A stretch of DNA of 64,000 bases, from positions 18,634-82,633 of the IMG/VR virus record IMGVR_UViG_3300020183_000001. One strand, written 5' to 3'. The notes under the pieces are model-generated. The model was not told the origin of the DNA. It ran no database searches and worked only from the letters and a program-made list of their open reading frames with translations. Numbering within the stretch: the stretch's first letter is position 1; each line of letters begins with the position of its first letter. A program made the translations under genes and the position numbers. The stretch comes from a virus. Below, one piece after another: positions 43,368 through 53,357 of this stretch.

Positions 43368-45953
43368 ATGGGACTTTCATATGATCCTGGTTCGCGCAAG
43401 TGGAATTTAATTTATGAAAAAGTAGATTACAAGACCGATAATCCAACAAACCTTCCCGAAACTAATCAAGTTCAAAGAACTTTTGCGGATCTTCGCTCAG
43501 ATCCTGATATTGAATTTAGGCGTCAGTGGGGAGGACCACAGTTCCCTTGGAGTAAATCTCGACAAAGATATATAGGCCCTGGTAATTTAGGTACCAAAGC
43601 TGTACCGAATGAAGCCAATATAACAACTAATAAGAGGAACAAAGAATTAAATGATTTAAATGCATCTTTAAACACAAGTAACGCAGCCAAGAACGCTGCT
43701 TACGATAAAACAATGGCAGCCGTTAATTCAACACGAGGAGGTGATTATGTTCAACAAAGAGAGTTAATTCGTCAAATTGGTGGAGTTGATTCAGGTTTAA
43801 AAAATACACTCGAAAATTATTACAAGGCGTATTACAGTAATGAAAAACTGCAACCATGGGATTCAAACCTTGGAGCTAAACCTCCCTATGGTACGTTTGA
43901 TCCCAGCTATTACAAAGCTCAAAACCCAGCAGCTACACAACAATGGCAAGCTGCTGTTGCCAACGATGATATTGATATTACACAACGGTATGGTGAGAAT
44001 GGGTTTTACTTAAATCACTACACAACGCAGGGAAAACCAGCAGGTGCCCGTGGGAACAAAGCAGAAGAACTCGCAGCGGCTAAACAATATGTAGAACGTA
44101 AACCAACTGATGTAGACCTCCAACAAGTACGTACAGTTCAACTTGGCGTAGATACAGATACACAAACGGAACGTCTTTTGCGTGTACCAGAAGTGGCTGC
44201 AGCCTGGGAAGCAGCCAAAGCAGGAGATAGTTATTGGAAAGCAAAAGGAAAAGAATTCTTCCTGGACCCCAACAAACCAGATGAGTTTGCTGTTCTCTTC
44301 CGGATGTCTGATCGACCGGAAGATAAAGAGATTGCTTTCAAGTACAACATTAATGCAGATTACGGTATTACTGAGCTGGAAGATGCTCTTAACGTTGCTG
44401 TTGGTGAAAAAGCAATTGTTGACGTAAAGCGTTTTGGTGCGTTAACTCAGAACGTCTTAAAAGATACAATTGATCAGATGAAGCAAGCAAAAGCACGAGA
44501 ACAAGAGCTTGCCATCTTTAATAGCTTTGATACTTTTGGTGAGATCACAAATATTAATAAAGATTTAACAAATTCAATTCTTGGTGATTCTGGGATTGGT
44601 GGAGTTCTTTCATTTATGGGTGGCGATAAAGCTCAGAAATCTTTAGAAAAATCTCTGCGTGGAATTACTGGTATTAATAACGAAGTCACTTATAACTGGC
44701 AGCAATGGTTTGATGATACTCTTAAGAAAAAGTACCAGGAAGATATTGAGCTGGGACTTACAAAAGATGAAGCACAAGAACAAGTAAAAATTCAAGGGCA
44801 GTTTGCACGTGACTTCATTGATCAATATTTGATTCCGCGTTTTAACGAATCAAGATCGATGAATGAATTTGTCGAGTATCTTGATGTACGTCAATCAGAG
44901 CAAAACCCATTTCAGACTCAAGACATTCTTAATGCTGTAAAATTGGTTGCCGATTTGAAAGCTAATCAATATATTGAAGAGTTGCGTAAAACACCAGAAC
45001 GATACTTTAATGCTGAGTTTTATTTCAACCCATCGGGAGACAAAGCAAGAGAAGGTGCTTATGCAACACAAGCGCAAACAGTTAACGCCGACTGGGAAGC
45101 AGCTAAAAATGGAGATCCCTACTGGGCATCACAAGCTTATCGCTTTGGTGTAGACATCAATGACAAAGATGCCTTTGCACGCATGCACTTCCAAGTCAAA
45201 GGACAAGGACAAGGATATGATCCAGCGGATGACATCTTAAATGCTTCTAAAGTCAGCGATTACATCTACAGTAAAATTCTGCCTGCACTTAACGAAGAGG
45301 CCCTGGCGCAAGGGACAGTCTTTGGTCAGTTCCTGCGGCCAGAAGAGTTTGCTGATGAAATGCTAAAAGGACTGGATCCAAACGATAAAGACACTTGGAA
45401 TGAAGTATTGAAGAAGTACGGCCTTGATAAATTTGGCGGAACAATTAATGAGTTAAAGGAGTACATTACTGAAACCGTTAGAACTGGATCAGCACAAGAA
45501 ATCAGAGAACAAATTAAGTATCTAAATGAGAAACGAGAAAAACCAACGCAAGAAATCTTAGGTGTAAGTTACATTCAAAGGGAAGAAGACTACAAACCCA
45601 AAGATACCGTTGAGGGACAGACAGAGCTTTACAAAACGTTCCAGTCTGCTGGTTTTAAAGGTACAGAAGATGAGTTTTACGAAAGTTTTTTCCCCGACCT
45701 TGACCGCTCAGAACAAGTTGCACTTACCAAAGCAGGTACAAACCAAGCATTAAAAACAACAGGTCTTGACTTCTCTGACCCGTTTGCTTCTCTTGGTACG
45801 ATTGAAAGTTTCTTTGGTGAAGGACAGAAGGAAGAAGAAACAAAAAGAAGTAGTTATTTTACAATTGATGAAGATGAAGAATTACCGACCAAAACAAAAG
45901 CTGGTCAAGGATTCTTGGATGAATTTACATCGATGTTTAAAGGGTTTAGTTGA
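43368..45953 (+). CDS. large virion-region protein
   Basis: 861 aa; FDP.YY...N repeats and an internal repeat WEAAK.GD.YW. Confidence 0.65.
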   Translation: MGLSYDPGSRKWNLIYEKVDYKTDNPTNLPETNQVQRTFADLRSDPDIEFRRQWGGPQFPWSKSRQRYIGPGNLGTKAVPNEANITTNKRNKELNDLNASLNTSNAAKNAAYDKTMAAVNSTRGGDYVQQRELIRQIGGVDSGLKNTLENYYKAYYSNEKLQPWDSNLGAKPPYGTFDPSYYKAQNPAATQQWQAAVANDDIDITQRYGENGFYLNHYTTQGKPAGARGNKAEELAAAKQYVERKPTDVDLQQVRTVQLGVDTDTQTERLLRVPEVAAAWEAAKAGDSYWKAKGKEFFLDPNKPDEFAVLFRMSDRPEDKEIAFKYNINADYGITELEDALNVAVGEKAIVDVKRFGALTQNVLKDTIDQMKQAKAREQELAIFNSFDTFGEITNINKDLTNSILGDSGIGGVLSFMGGDKAQKSLEKSLRGITGINNEVTYNWQQWFDDTLKKKYQEDIELGLTKDEAQEQVKIQGQFARDFIDQYLIPRFNESRSMNEFVEYLDVRQSEQNPFQTQDILNAVKLVADLKANQYIEELRKTPERYFNAEFYFNPSGDKAREGAYATQAQTVNADWEAAKNGDPYWASQAYRFGVDINDKDAFARMHFQVKGQGQGYDPADDILNASKVSDYIYSKILPALNEEALAQGTVFGQFLRPEEFADEMLKGLDPNDKDTWNEVLKKYGLDKFGGTINELKEYITETVRTGSAQEIREQIKYLNEKREKPTQEILGVSYIQREEDYKPKDTVEGQTELYKTFQSAGFKGTEDEFYESFFPDLDRSEQVALTKAGTNQALKTTGLDFSDPFASLGTIESFFGEGQKEEETKRSSYFTIDEDEELPTKTKAGQGFLDEFTSMFKGFS

Positions 45954-46252
45954 TGTCAGATAAACGTAAAAAAGCAGCGAAAGCAGCTAAGCTAGCGAAA
46001 GATGATATGGCTTGCAACAAGCCAAGGAAAACTCCTGGTCATCCCACCAAGTCACACGTGGTTAAAGCGTGTAAAGGTGGGGAAGAAAAAATTATTCGCT
46101 TTGGCCAACAAGGCGTTGAAGGCGCCGGTAAAAACCCTACAACTGAAAAAGATAAAGCTAGGCGCAAATCTTATTATGCACGTCATAATGCTCAAGATGC
46201 AAAGCCGGATATCATGTCAGCAAGATATTGGAGTCATCGCGTTAAGTGGTAA
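45950..46252 (+). CDS. small basic conserved-type phage protein
   Basis: KIIRFGQQG...ARRKSYYARH...SARYWS motif. Confidence 0.75.
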   Translation: MMSDKRKKAAKAAKLAKDDMACNKPRKTPGHPTKSHVVKACKGGEEKIIRFGQQGVEGAGKNPTTEKDKARRKSYYARHNAQDAKPDIMSARYWSHRVKW

Positions 46253-46274
46253 ACAAAGTTAAATGGTAATTTAA

Positions 46275-46403
46275 ATGGGAAAAGTAAAAGGCAACACGTC
46301 AACCAAGAAAGAGTCTCGTCCTAAGTTAACAAAACAAGGACAAGGGCAACATTCTAAACCTTCCCACGGACGCAAGAAGTCCCGTGGGCAAGGTAAAGGG
46401 TAA
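46275..46403 (+). CDS. small basic protein (42 aa)
   Basis: PKLTKQGQGQHSK...RGQGK. Confidence 0.65.
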   Translation: MGKVKGNTSTKKESRPKLTKQGQGQHSKPSHGRKKSRGQGKG

Positions 46404-46452
46404 CAGTTAGTTTCAATTAAGACTATTATGGGAAATAGATGAACTATTTCTC

Positions 46453-47118
46453 ATGTCCGATTTTTCGCGGGCAATTAAACTAATCAAGAAATATGAGGGG
46501 TTTAGCGAAAAAGCGTACCCAGATCCGTGTACTGGAACAACTCCTTACACCCTAGGGTTTGGAACACAATACTATCCTGATGGTGCTCCAGTGCGTCAGG
46601 GGCATTGTTGTACAGAACGTAAGGCACTGGAATATCTAAACCACGAAGTAGAAGTCATCAACGAAGAATTGATGCGTCTCAACCTAGGCCTTGATGACTC
46701 GATGGTTAATGCGCTAATTTCTTTTATTCATTCCGTTGGTTGGGAACCATTCCTTTACAGTCCCATCATCGATGCAGTAGAGATTGAGGATTGGCGTGGT
46801 GTAGCAGAACAAATCACACGTTGGGTCTTTGATCATTACTACCGGGTAGTAGGCGGACTTCTTGATCGACGCAGGGAAGAATCTTCACTTTTCCTATCGG
46901 AAATACGTTCTTCTCTTTCACCTACAGGGGGCATTCTCCTGCGTGCATTTTCTAATTACGGTGGGGCTGAGCACCAGATCAGATCAATTGAAGCCCTGGA
47001 ACGAAAGCTCAATCCTTATACTCTGGCCGAGTTTGCAAACCAGTTCGATCTAGAAGTCACTTTTGATTTTGGCCAGGAGCATGAATGGAAGGGATCATCA
47101 TTTGACTCGTGGGATTAG
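46453..47118 (+). CDS. lysozyme (GH24-like)
   Basis: IKKYEGF...AYPD...TLGFGT...GLLDRRREE. Confidence 0.85.
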   Translation: MSDFSRAIKLIKKYEGFSEKAYPDPCTGTTPYTLGFGTQYYPDGAPVRQGHCCTERKALEYLNHEVEVINEELMRLNLGLDDSMVNALISFIHSVGWEPFLYSPIIDAVEIEDWRGVAEQITRWVFDHYYRVVGGLLDRRREESSLFLSEIRSSLSPTGGILLRAFSNYGGAEHQIRSIEALERKLNPYTLAEFANQFDLEVTFDFGQEHEWKGSSFDSWD

Positions 47119-47143
47119 AATATTTGAAGACAAAGCAAACAAG

Positions 47144-47440
47144 ATGGAAGACACTGTTCGTCCCCGCGAGTTAGAACTCCCTCTGCAACTGCAATTTGCC
47201 ATGCGCAAAGCAGAGCTTGAAGCGCAAGAAATGACGTGGGACCAGTTATACGCAGCTCTGTTAAACCTTTATCAACGCCGTCTGATTGAGTGGGCAGCAG
47301 TGAAAGACATCCTTCAAGGCGAAAATATCGAACTTGAATTTGACTGCCCGACTCAACTTGAACTCGTGGAACTCGCCATGATGTGTGAAGGTAACGACGA
47401 TGATGATGACGAAGATGACGAACCGATGTCAGTCTTCTAA
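47144..47440 (+). CDS. nblA: NblA-like phycobilisome degradation protein
   Basis: ELPLQLQFAMR..E.....MTWDQL...LLNLYQRRL fits the NblA two-helix pattern; own TAGAAT; acidic tail. Confidence 0.6.
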   Translation: MEDTVRPRELELPLQLQFAMRKAELEAQEMTWDQLYAALLNLYQRRLIEWAAVKDILQGENIELEFDCPTQLELVELAMMCEGNDDDDDEDDEPMSVF

Positions 47441-47842
47441 GTACTGAATCAAACGATCTAAATACCACTGGGCTTTTTTAAGGGACTCAACACCGCCCTT
47501 GTGACGCTCCCTCCATAAATACTTCACGCAATTTCCTTTCAGGTAACCACGATACTCTTCTGCGGTTAGCTGTGCTTCAATTGCTTCAATACATTCGATA
47601 CCACCTTCTGTGTAGTGCTGGGGGTGGTTCACTACATCCACAACCTTCCGTTGAGGCATTGGACAGAAACCGTCCTTACACCCGTCTTCTGAATCTACCG
47701 GCGTAAACCACGGCGCTGCTTCGACATCTCGATCTCGTCCTCCGGCATCCCCTCCAGTTCCAAGACTAAAGACCTGGGCTTCGGATTGGCGCCCATCTTC
47801 ATCCCTTCTTCCATACTCGGAATATACCCCGTCAGTCCGCAT
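47429..47842 (-). CDS. DUF3310 / T7 gp1.7-like nucleotide kinase domain protein
   Basis: VNHPQHYT.GGIECIEAI...KGN.VKYLWR..HKGG.ESLKKAQWYL. Confidence 0.85.
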   Translation of the reverse strand: MRTDGVYSEYGRRDEDGRQSEAQVFSLGTGGDAGGRDRDVEAAPWFTPVDSEDGCKDGFCPMPQRKVVDVVNHPQHYTEGGIECIEAIEAQLTAEEYRGYLKGNCVKYLWRERHKGGVESLKKAQWYLDRLIQYLED

Positions 47843-48057
47843 CGCTCTCCTCCTTCAAGTTGTAAGTTCTGGCGCTCACGACCTTCTTGGGTGAGCACTA
47901 AACCACGATTATAAAGGTCTTGAAGAGGAACGTCGTTGGTCTCGTTATCCAACTCCTGTCCAAAATCAGCCAGGCTTAAGCACCTGTTTTTTACTTCATC
48001 ATTATTAACAATGAAGTTATCTAAGAAATCACTCATTGATGACGCAGCGTGCATCAT
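47695..48057 (-). CDS. hypothetical protein
   Basis: 120 aa. Confidence 0.65.
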   Translation of the reverse strand: MMHAASSMSDFLDNFIVNNDEVKNRCLSLADFGQELDNETNDVPLQDLYNRGLVLTQEGRERQNLQLEGGERCGLTGYIPSMEEGMKMGANPKPRSLVLELEGMPEDEIEMSKQRRGLRR

Positions 48058-48098
48058 TGTTATATCTTGGCCTGAATTCCTTCAAGTAAAATAATAAC

Positions 48099-48491
48099 AT
48101 GGCAAGATTTTTAGACCCCACATACGATCCCAGGAATCAGTCCGGTACCTCTGGAGCTGAGGTAACAGACCTTAATCCTGAACAGGCGTATGACACTGAC
48201 GTTCGTCGATTAGACGAAACAGCACGGGAGATTGCTGATGAAACAGATGTACGCAATACCAGGCAACAAGATCGAGTAGCCAAGTACATGGCAGCAGCTA
48301 AAACCGCTGGTGCATACAAGCAAAGAGCCTCGATTGATGAACCACAGATTCATGGTAGAACTCCTAGGAACGAAGCAAATATCGATGGTGTAGTTCTTCC
48401 CAGCCAGGGAGACTCCGGTGGTAAAGCCGGTGGTGTCAGTTACGCACGAAAGCCTCAACCCTTCTCTGGTACTTTTAGAGGATTTAGTTAA
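48099..48491 (+). CDS. hypothetical protein
   Basis: 130 aa, TAAAAT upstream. Confidence 0.65.
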   Translation: MARFLDPTYDPRNQSGTSGAEVTDLNPEQAYDTDVRRLDETAREIADETDVRNTRQQDRVAKYMAAAKTAGAYKQRASIDEPQIHGRTPRNEANIDGVVLPSQGDSGGKAGGVSYARKPQPFSGTFRGFS

Positions 48492-49075
48492 ACCTGACTG
48501 AACACAACTTCTTTCTTTTGGTCCTGGTACTTACCCTTCCTCATTTGATAATCAACTTCACATTCATTACCACGGAAGAAGAGCAACTGGCAGATACCTT
48601 CGTTTGCGTAGATTCGATTAAAAAGTGCAGTACAGTTACTGATCTCAAGAGTTAAGTGTCCCTTCCACCGTGCTTCCGCTGGAGTAATATTTGCCATAAT
48701 CCCCGATCGAGCATACGTACTTTTCCCAACAGCAACTACAGTAACGTCTTTGGGTAAGTCCAGATACTCCTCTGCAACTCCAAGACAATAACCAAAGGGA
48801 GGAAGAAGGAAGTACTGACCCTTCTCATCTTCTAACAACTCGGCTGGTTTAAGAATATCCGTATCAAACGCTTTGGGATCGCAGTCACCTGCCTGGGTAC
48901 GACCAAAAATCAAACATTGCTTAGGTGAAAGTCGGATATCATACCCGTAAGAACTCAACCCATAGCTCAGCAAACGGCGACCATCCTGTTCATTAATCAA
49001 TCGATCCTGGAACGGTTGGATCATTCCTTCTTCAAGGGCGAGTTGCTTGATTTCTTTATCTGAAAGGATGCTCAT
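48488..49075 (-). CDS. dcd: dCTP deaminase
   Basis: SYGLSSYGYD, GKSTYARSG, TP.EA.W.G.LTLE, YANEGICQ, GKYQ.Q. Confidence 0.95.
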   Translation of the reverse strand: MSILSDKEIKQLALEEGMIQPFQDRLINEQDGRRLLSYGLSSYGYDIRLSPKQCLIFGRTQAGDCDPKAFDTDILKPAELLEDEKGQYFLLPPFGYCLGVAEEYLDLPKDVTVVAVGKSTYARSGIMANITPAEARWKGHLTLEISNCTALFNRIYANEGICQLLFFRGNECEVDYQMRKGKYQDQKKEVVFSQV

Positions 49076-49107
49076 AACGTCAACTAAGCTTTCAAAGTGT
49101 AGCTCAC

Positions 49108-49701
49108 TCAGACAAGAACGCGGCCTTTGGGGCTGTAAATCTCAACAAAATGTTCGGTAGCTTCCGTCACATTTGTCTTAGGTTGAAGAAATACAACAAA
49201 AGAAGCGCACGTATTTCGCACCTTGATTTCGCCCGTGTTAATAAAATGCTGGTTTAGCATCGGTCTCGTTTTCAAAATACAGATTGGATGATCGAAAATA
49301 TCTTGACAGTACAAGAACATGTCCGGTGCATTGGCAAAATACACACCTTGTTCAATTTCACCAGAAACCCATTTCCTTTTTAAGGTTCTCCACCAGAGTG
49401 CATAGGCCGAAGTCAAAGTGGGGGACAATCCCCTGGTCATCTTCCACCGCTGAGACTGCTCATGCCAGAAATATGAATGACGTGGTGGAAATACATACAC
49501 ATTTCCGTGCCACTCCATTTCATTCAACCCGTCTTCCTTGGGTGTATAAAATTGTTTGGCATTGACATACTCATTAGCCTTTGCTGAACTAGCTGGATCC
49601 AGATCAATACCACCCATCAGCAAGTGAGCGGAATCAACCATGTCACGATTACTGATCCACTCATAGTTCTCAACTTTTTTGTTTCCAAGAAAAGCAGGCA
49701 T
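49108..49701 (-). CDS. phage N6-adenine methyltransferase-like protein (degenerate motif IV)
   Basis: GGIDLDPASS...DGL..EWHGNVYVFPP (normally NPPY). Confidence 0.7.
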   Translation of the reverse strand: MPAFLGNKKVENYEWISNRDMVDSAHLLMGGIDLDPASSAKANEYVNAKQFYTPKEDGLNEMEWHGNVYVFPPRHSYFWHEQSQRWKMTRGLSPTLTSAYALWWRTLKRKWVSGEIEQGVYFANAPDMFLYCQDIFDHPICILKTRPMLNQHFINTGEIKVRNTCASFVVFLQPKTNVTEATEHFVEIYSPKGRVLV

Positions 49702-50099
49702 CAGTCTTTGATCACTTCATCTTTAGTCTGGTCATACGCTATTTCCAAATAGCGAATACCCTCCTGATCATTCAAGACATAACCAGCTTTTTCTTCTGGA
49801 TCAATCTTTTGTGCAGCACTGAGAATACGCCTAAAAGTCTCCGCCAGATCGCCGTTGTTCTCGCGCTCACACTCTTCTTGTGCCGCGTGAAGTTCTTTAA
49901 GTGTCAAGTAGAACATTGAGCGCTCTACCACCTGAGGCTGAAAACACATAACTCCGGGTCCTTCCGTTTCCCAGAATTTTGTGAACATATCACCCATGTC
50001 TCCGAGGATTAAACGGAGAGTTGTGTCCAACATCTTTGCTTTATCTTCTTCTAGCTCTGGGCCGACCACAGAAGCAATTAATTTTTCACGTCGGTTCAT
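49701..50099 (-). CDS. hypothetical protein
   Basis: 132 aa, coupled overlaps. Confidence 0.7.
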   Translation of the reverse strand: MNRREKLIASVVGPELEEDKAKMLDTTLRLILGDMGDMFTKFWETEGPGVMCFQPQVVERSMFYLTLKELHAAQEECERENNGDLAETFRRILSAAQKIDPEEKAGYVLNDQEGIRYLEIAYDQTKDEVIKD

Positions 50100-50557
50100 T
50101 TTTTTACCAGTCCCTGACGAATAAGTGTATCACGCATCTTAGGGAGCGGCTGGTAAATAACGACTAACTTACCAAGAACACCACGTTTTTTTAGTAATTT
50201 ACCGTTGTCATCCCTCATCTTGTCAAATTCTCCAGCCCTGATAAGATATTCGGCCACACAACGTAACCGTCTTTTCAAGGGTAGATCAGCATTGGGAAAT
50301 TTGCCACAGATTGTATCGGGTGTCATGTCTTGGAACGCCATCCGTAACCTGTTTGCCAGAGTCATTGCAAAACTTGGGTCTTCTTCTTCATAATTTTTTA
50401 AGTTTTCCAGGTATCGGCGCAAGGTTGGATCATCAAAAGAACCGGATGGTGGCAAGAACATCTCGACTTGAACGGCAAGAGACTCCGGTAAAGTTTCTTT
50501 ATAATTTTTTAAGGTTACAACCCCAATTTCCAGGCCGGTAAAGCGGTTCTTCATCAA
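50096..50557 (-). CDS. hypothetical protein (possible winged helix)
   Basis: 153 aa. Confidence 0.7.
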   Translation of the reverse strand: MMKNRFTGLEIGVVTLKNYKETLPESLAVQVEMFLPPSGSFDDPTLRRYLENLKNYEEEDPSFAMTLANRLRMAFQDMTPDTICGKFPNADLPLKRRLRCVAEYLIRAGEFDKMRDDNGKLLKKRGVLGKLVVIYQPLPKMRDTLIRQGLVKK

Positions 50558-51051
50558 CCCTCCTCATCCGTCTCTTCATCAAAGTCTGGGGTTTTAGGTA
50601 CGGATGGGTCTGGGATGTGATCATCTTTGCGATCTCGGGCATACGTGTCATATAAATTGTTGCCCCGACTGCCAGCAAAAGTTAAATAATTTGGTTTCGT
50701 GTCTCGAATAAAACTTTGGATTAGTCGGTTCCAGGGGACACGGATTGTCTGCTTTCGTCCCTCGGTAGCTTCGATGTTGATGTAGTGAACACCGTAGATC
50801 CAACCTTTTTCTGGATTTTTTTTACCAGCAAGAATCCAGTTGCGAATCGTTTGATCTGAAATGCTCAGCCTACGAGCGCACTCTTCAGTAGAAATGTACT
50901 CATCTGCGTACACTTCAGGACCAACCCGATCAGTTTCCCCATTTTGGTACCGTGCATGCCACATCGACGCAAGAATATGCTTAATACCTCGCAGCTCATG
51001 TGCAATGTCTTCTAATCCTTTCCGTAATCCGTGTGTCATACCAACAATCAA
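50554..51051 (-). CDS. HTH (excisionase/MerR-like) DNA-binding protein
   Basis: YISTEECARRLSISDQTIRNWI...G.HY. Confidence 0.8.
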   Translation of the reverse strand: MIVGMTHGLRKGLEDIAHELRGIKHILASMWHARYQNGETDRVGPEVYADEYISTEECARRLSISDQTIRNWILAGKKNPEKGWIYGVHYINIEATEGRKQTIRVPWNRLIQSFIRDTKPNYLTFAGSRGNNLYDTYARDRKDDHIPDPSVPKTPDFDEETDEEG

Positions 51052-51094
51052 TCTGATTAAATGCTAGTCTTTTTACAGATAATCTGCTTGTTTC

Positions 51095-51451
51095 ATGGAA
51101 GATTTTTTTGCTGCACCCGACAACAGTAAGGAGCCACCGCAGTCGACTATTCCACTACCCAGTCAAATCACCCCTGAGGACCTGGAACGCATGAAACAAC
51201 AAGCACGTGAGCTGGCTGTTGCACAGTACTACGCTCAACAACGTGGAAACTTAGCTCCAGAACCAAAACCAACATTTGAAATCAATCAACCAATACAAGT
51301 TCCAACAAAAGTTGTTTATGTTCGCCGCAACCTGACGATTGCAGAACTGCTGTTGATTTTTGCAGTGTCCTGTGGTTTGGTTTACGGTGTACCAGCAACC
51401 TGGAACCTTGCTACACAAAACTTACCGCGAATTGAAATTCGAGTTAAGTAA
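51095..51451 (+). CDS. membrane protein
   Basis: C-terminal TM helix. Confidence 0.6.
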   Translation: MEDFFAAPDNSKEPPQSTIPLPSQITPEDLERMKQQARELAVAQYYAQQRGNLAPEPKPTFEINQPIQVPTKVVYVRRNLTIAELLLIFAVSCGLVYGVPATWNLATQNLPRIEIRVK

Positions 51452-51498
51452 GAGGTTGGACGAACTATAATCACTTATAAGGCTTTGTATTCTTATAA

Positions 51499-53325
51499 GT
51501 GGCAAATAGAAGGATTACCGAACTGCCTTCAATTCAGGGCGGGAGCTTAGCAGAGCAAGATCTGTTAACTCTCGTCCGTGTTTTTGAAGTTGACCCGACG
51601 TTAAAAAATAAGAAAATTACTCTTTCAGAGTTTAGTAATTACCTTAACACAAAATATTTAACGCTTAGTGGCGGGACCATGACTGGTCCGCTCACAATCA
51701 ACGCACCTTTAACTGTTTCTGGCCTTACCACGCTTAATGATGTAACGGTAAATGGCGTTGCAAACTTCAGTGGTGTTTACGTTCAAACCACTCTCAACGT
51801 CACCGGAACATTAAGCGGTACCACAATTACTGGTACAACAGTAAACGCAACAAACGCAACGTTCCAAAATCTGACCGCCAGTGGCCACAACATTCAGGGA
51901 GATCTGACCGTCTCTGGCACCCTGTCTGCGCTTGGTAATTCGTTCTTCTCTTCTGGCGTAACGGTTACCGGCACCCTGACAGGGACCACGGTCACTGGTA
52001 CGACTGCCAACTTCTCGTCTGGTGTCTTTACTGGACAGATTTCTGGTGCTGCAGTAACAGGAAATACGGCCAATTTTACAAGTGTCACAGGCGCGACTGG
52101 GGTTTTTACTTCGCTCCTGTCAGGTCTTCTCATCACAGGAAACACCGGTCAATTCTCAAATATTACTGGTGTATCAGGCGTATTTACTGATCGCATCTCC
52201 GGAACAACCGTTACAGGAAACACGGGTCAGTTCTCAAATATCACCGGAATCTCTGGTGTTTTTACTGATCATATCTCCGGGCAAACCATTACAGGGAATA
52301 CGGTCCTTGCTTCTACAGTTACTGGGATCTCTGGCGTCTTTACCGACCAAATCTCTGGGGCAACCATTACTGGTACCAACGTCAATGCAACTACAGGTAC
52401 ATTTGCAACCCTTGTTACCAGTGGTCATACAGTTCAAAACAACTTAACTGTCTCGGGTAATCTTTCGGTTCTTGGTTCAGGGTTCTTTAGTTCAGGTGTT
52501 TCGGTCACTGGAACTTTAAGTGGAACCACAGTTACTGGTACAACAGCAAACTTTGCAACCGGTGTTTTCACCACACTAGCTTCTGGTGCCACAGTAAGGG
52601 GTACCGTCGTTTCAGGTAATACGGTTACCGGTGGAACGGGACAATTCACCACACTTACTGGTGGTACGGCAGGGTTTACAACAGTTACCGGAACCACTGT
52701 TACTGGTACAACAGCTAACTTTGTAACTGTTTCTGGTACCACTGCTACAGGAGGAACAGCTAATTTTGTTTCCGGTGTCTTTACAACGCAAGTCTCTGGT
52801 GCAACCGTCACCGGGGATATCGGACGCTTTACGCAACTATCCGGAATTTCCGGAGTGTTCACTGCACAAGTTTCAGGTGCAACCATTACAGGTAACGTTG
52901 TTAACGCAACGTCTGGTTTCTTTGAATTCTTAACTGCAGTTAACCAGGCATTTGGAGGCAACCTAACTTTCTCAGGAGATACTTTTACTCTTGGCTCTGG
53001 TTTTATCAGTTCTGGATTAAGTGTTACAGGAACTGTTTCAGGTCAGACTTTTACAGGTACAACTGCTCAATTCACGTCAATTACTGGTAGTACGGCAGGA
53101 TTTACCACTGTCACTGGCACAACCGTAACCGGTGTTACCGCTAATTTTGTCACAGTTTCTGGTACTACTGTCACAGGTAATACAGGGCTGTTTACCAATA
53201 TCACTGGAAGCACATTACATGTAACCACACCTTCTGGTGCTACTGCAGCAATTGTGTGCTCTGGTGTAGTGTCTGGTAGTACCAGTGGATTTATAATCCA
53301 AGGTCCATTAATTATTCTGCCCTGA
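51499..53325 (+). CDS. tail fibre protein with Thr/Gly-rich repeats
   Basis: MANRRITELP N-terminus, L.GGTMTG.L, about 10-aa repeats SGxTVTGxTxxF. Confidence 0.8.
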   Translation: MANRRITELPSIQGGSLAEQDLLTLVRVFEVDPTLKNKKITLSEFSNYLNTKYLTLSGGTMTGPLTINAPLTVSGLTTLNDVTVNGVANFSGVYVQTTLNVTGTLSGTTITGTTVNATNATFQNLTASGHNIQGDLTVSGTLSALGNSFFSSGVTVTGTLTGTTVTGTTANFSSGVFTGQISGAAVTGNTANFTSVTGATGVFTSLLSGLLITGNTGQFSNITGVSGVFTDRISGTTVTGNTGQFSNITGISGVFTDHISGQTITGNTVLASTVTGISGVFTDQISGATITGTNVNATTGTFATLVTSGHTVQNNLTVSGNLSVLGSGFFSSGVSVTGTLSGTTVTGTTANFATGVFTTLASGATVRGTVVSGNTVTGGTGQFTTLTGGTAGFTTVTGTTVTGTTANFVTVSGTTATGGTANFVSGVFTTQVSGATVTGDIGRFTQLSGISGVFTAQVSGATITGNVVNATSGFFEFLTAVNQAFGGNLTFSGDTFTLGSGFISSGLSVTGTVSGQTFTGTTAQFTSITGSTAGFTTVTGTTVTGVTANFVTVSGTTVTGNTGLFTNITGSTLHVTTPSGATAAIVCSGVVSGSTSGFIIQGPLIILP

Positions 53326-53357
53326 GTTACAATTAAAGAAAGATTTTGTAGAGACAA

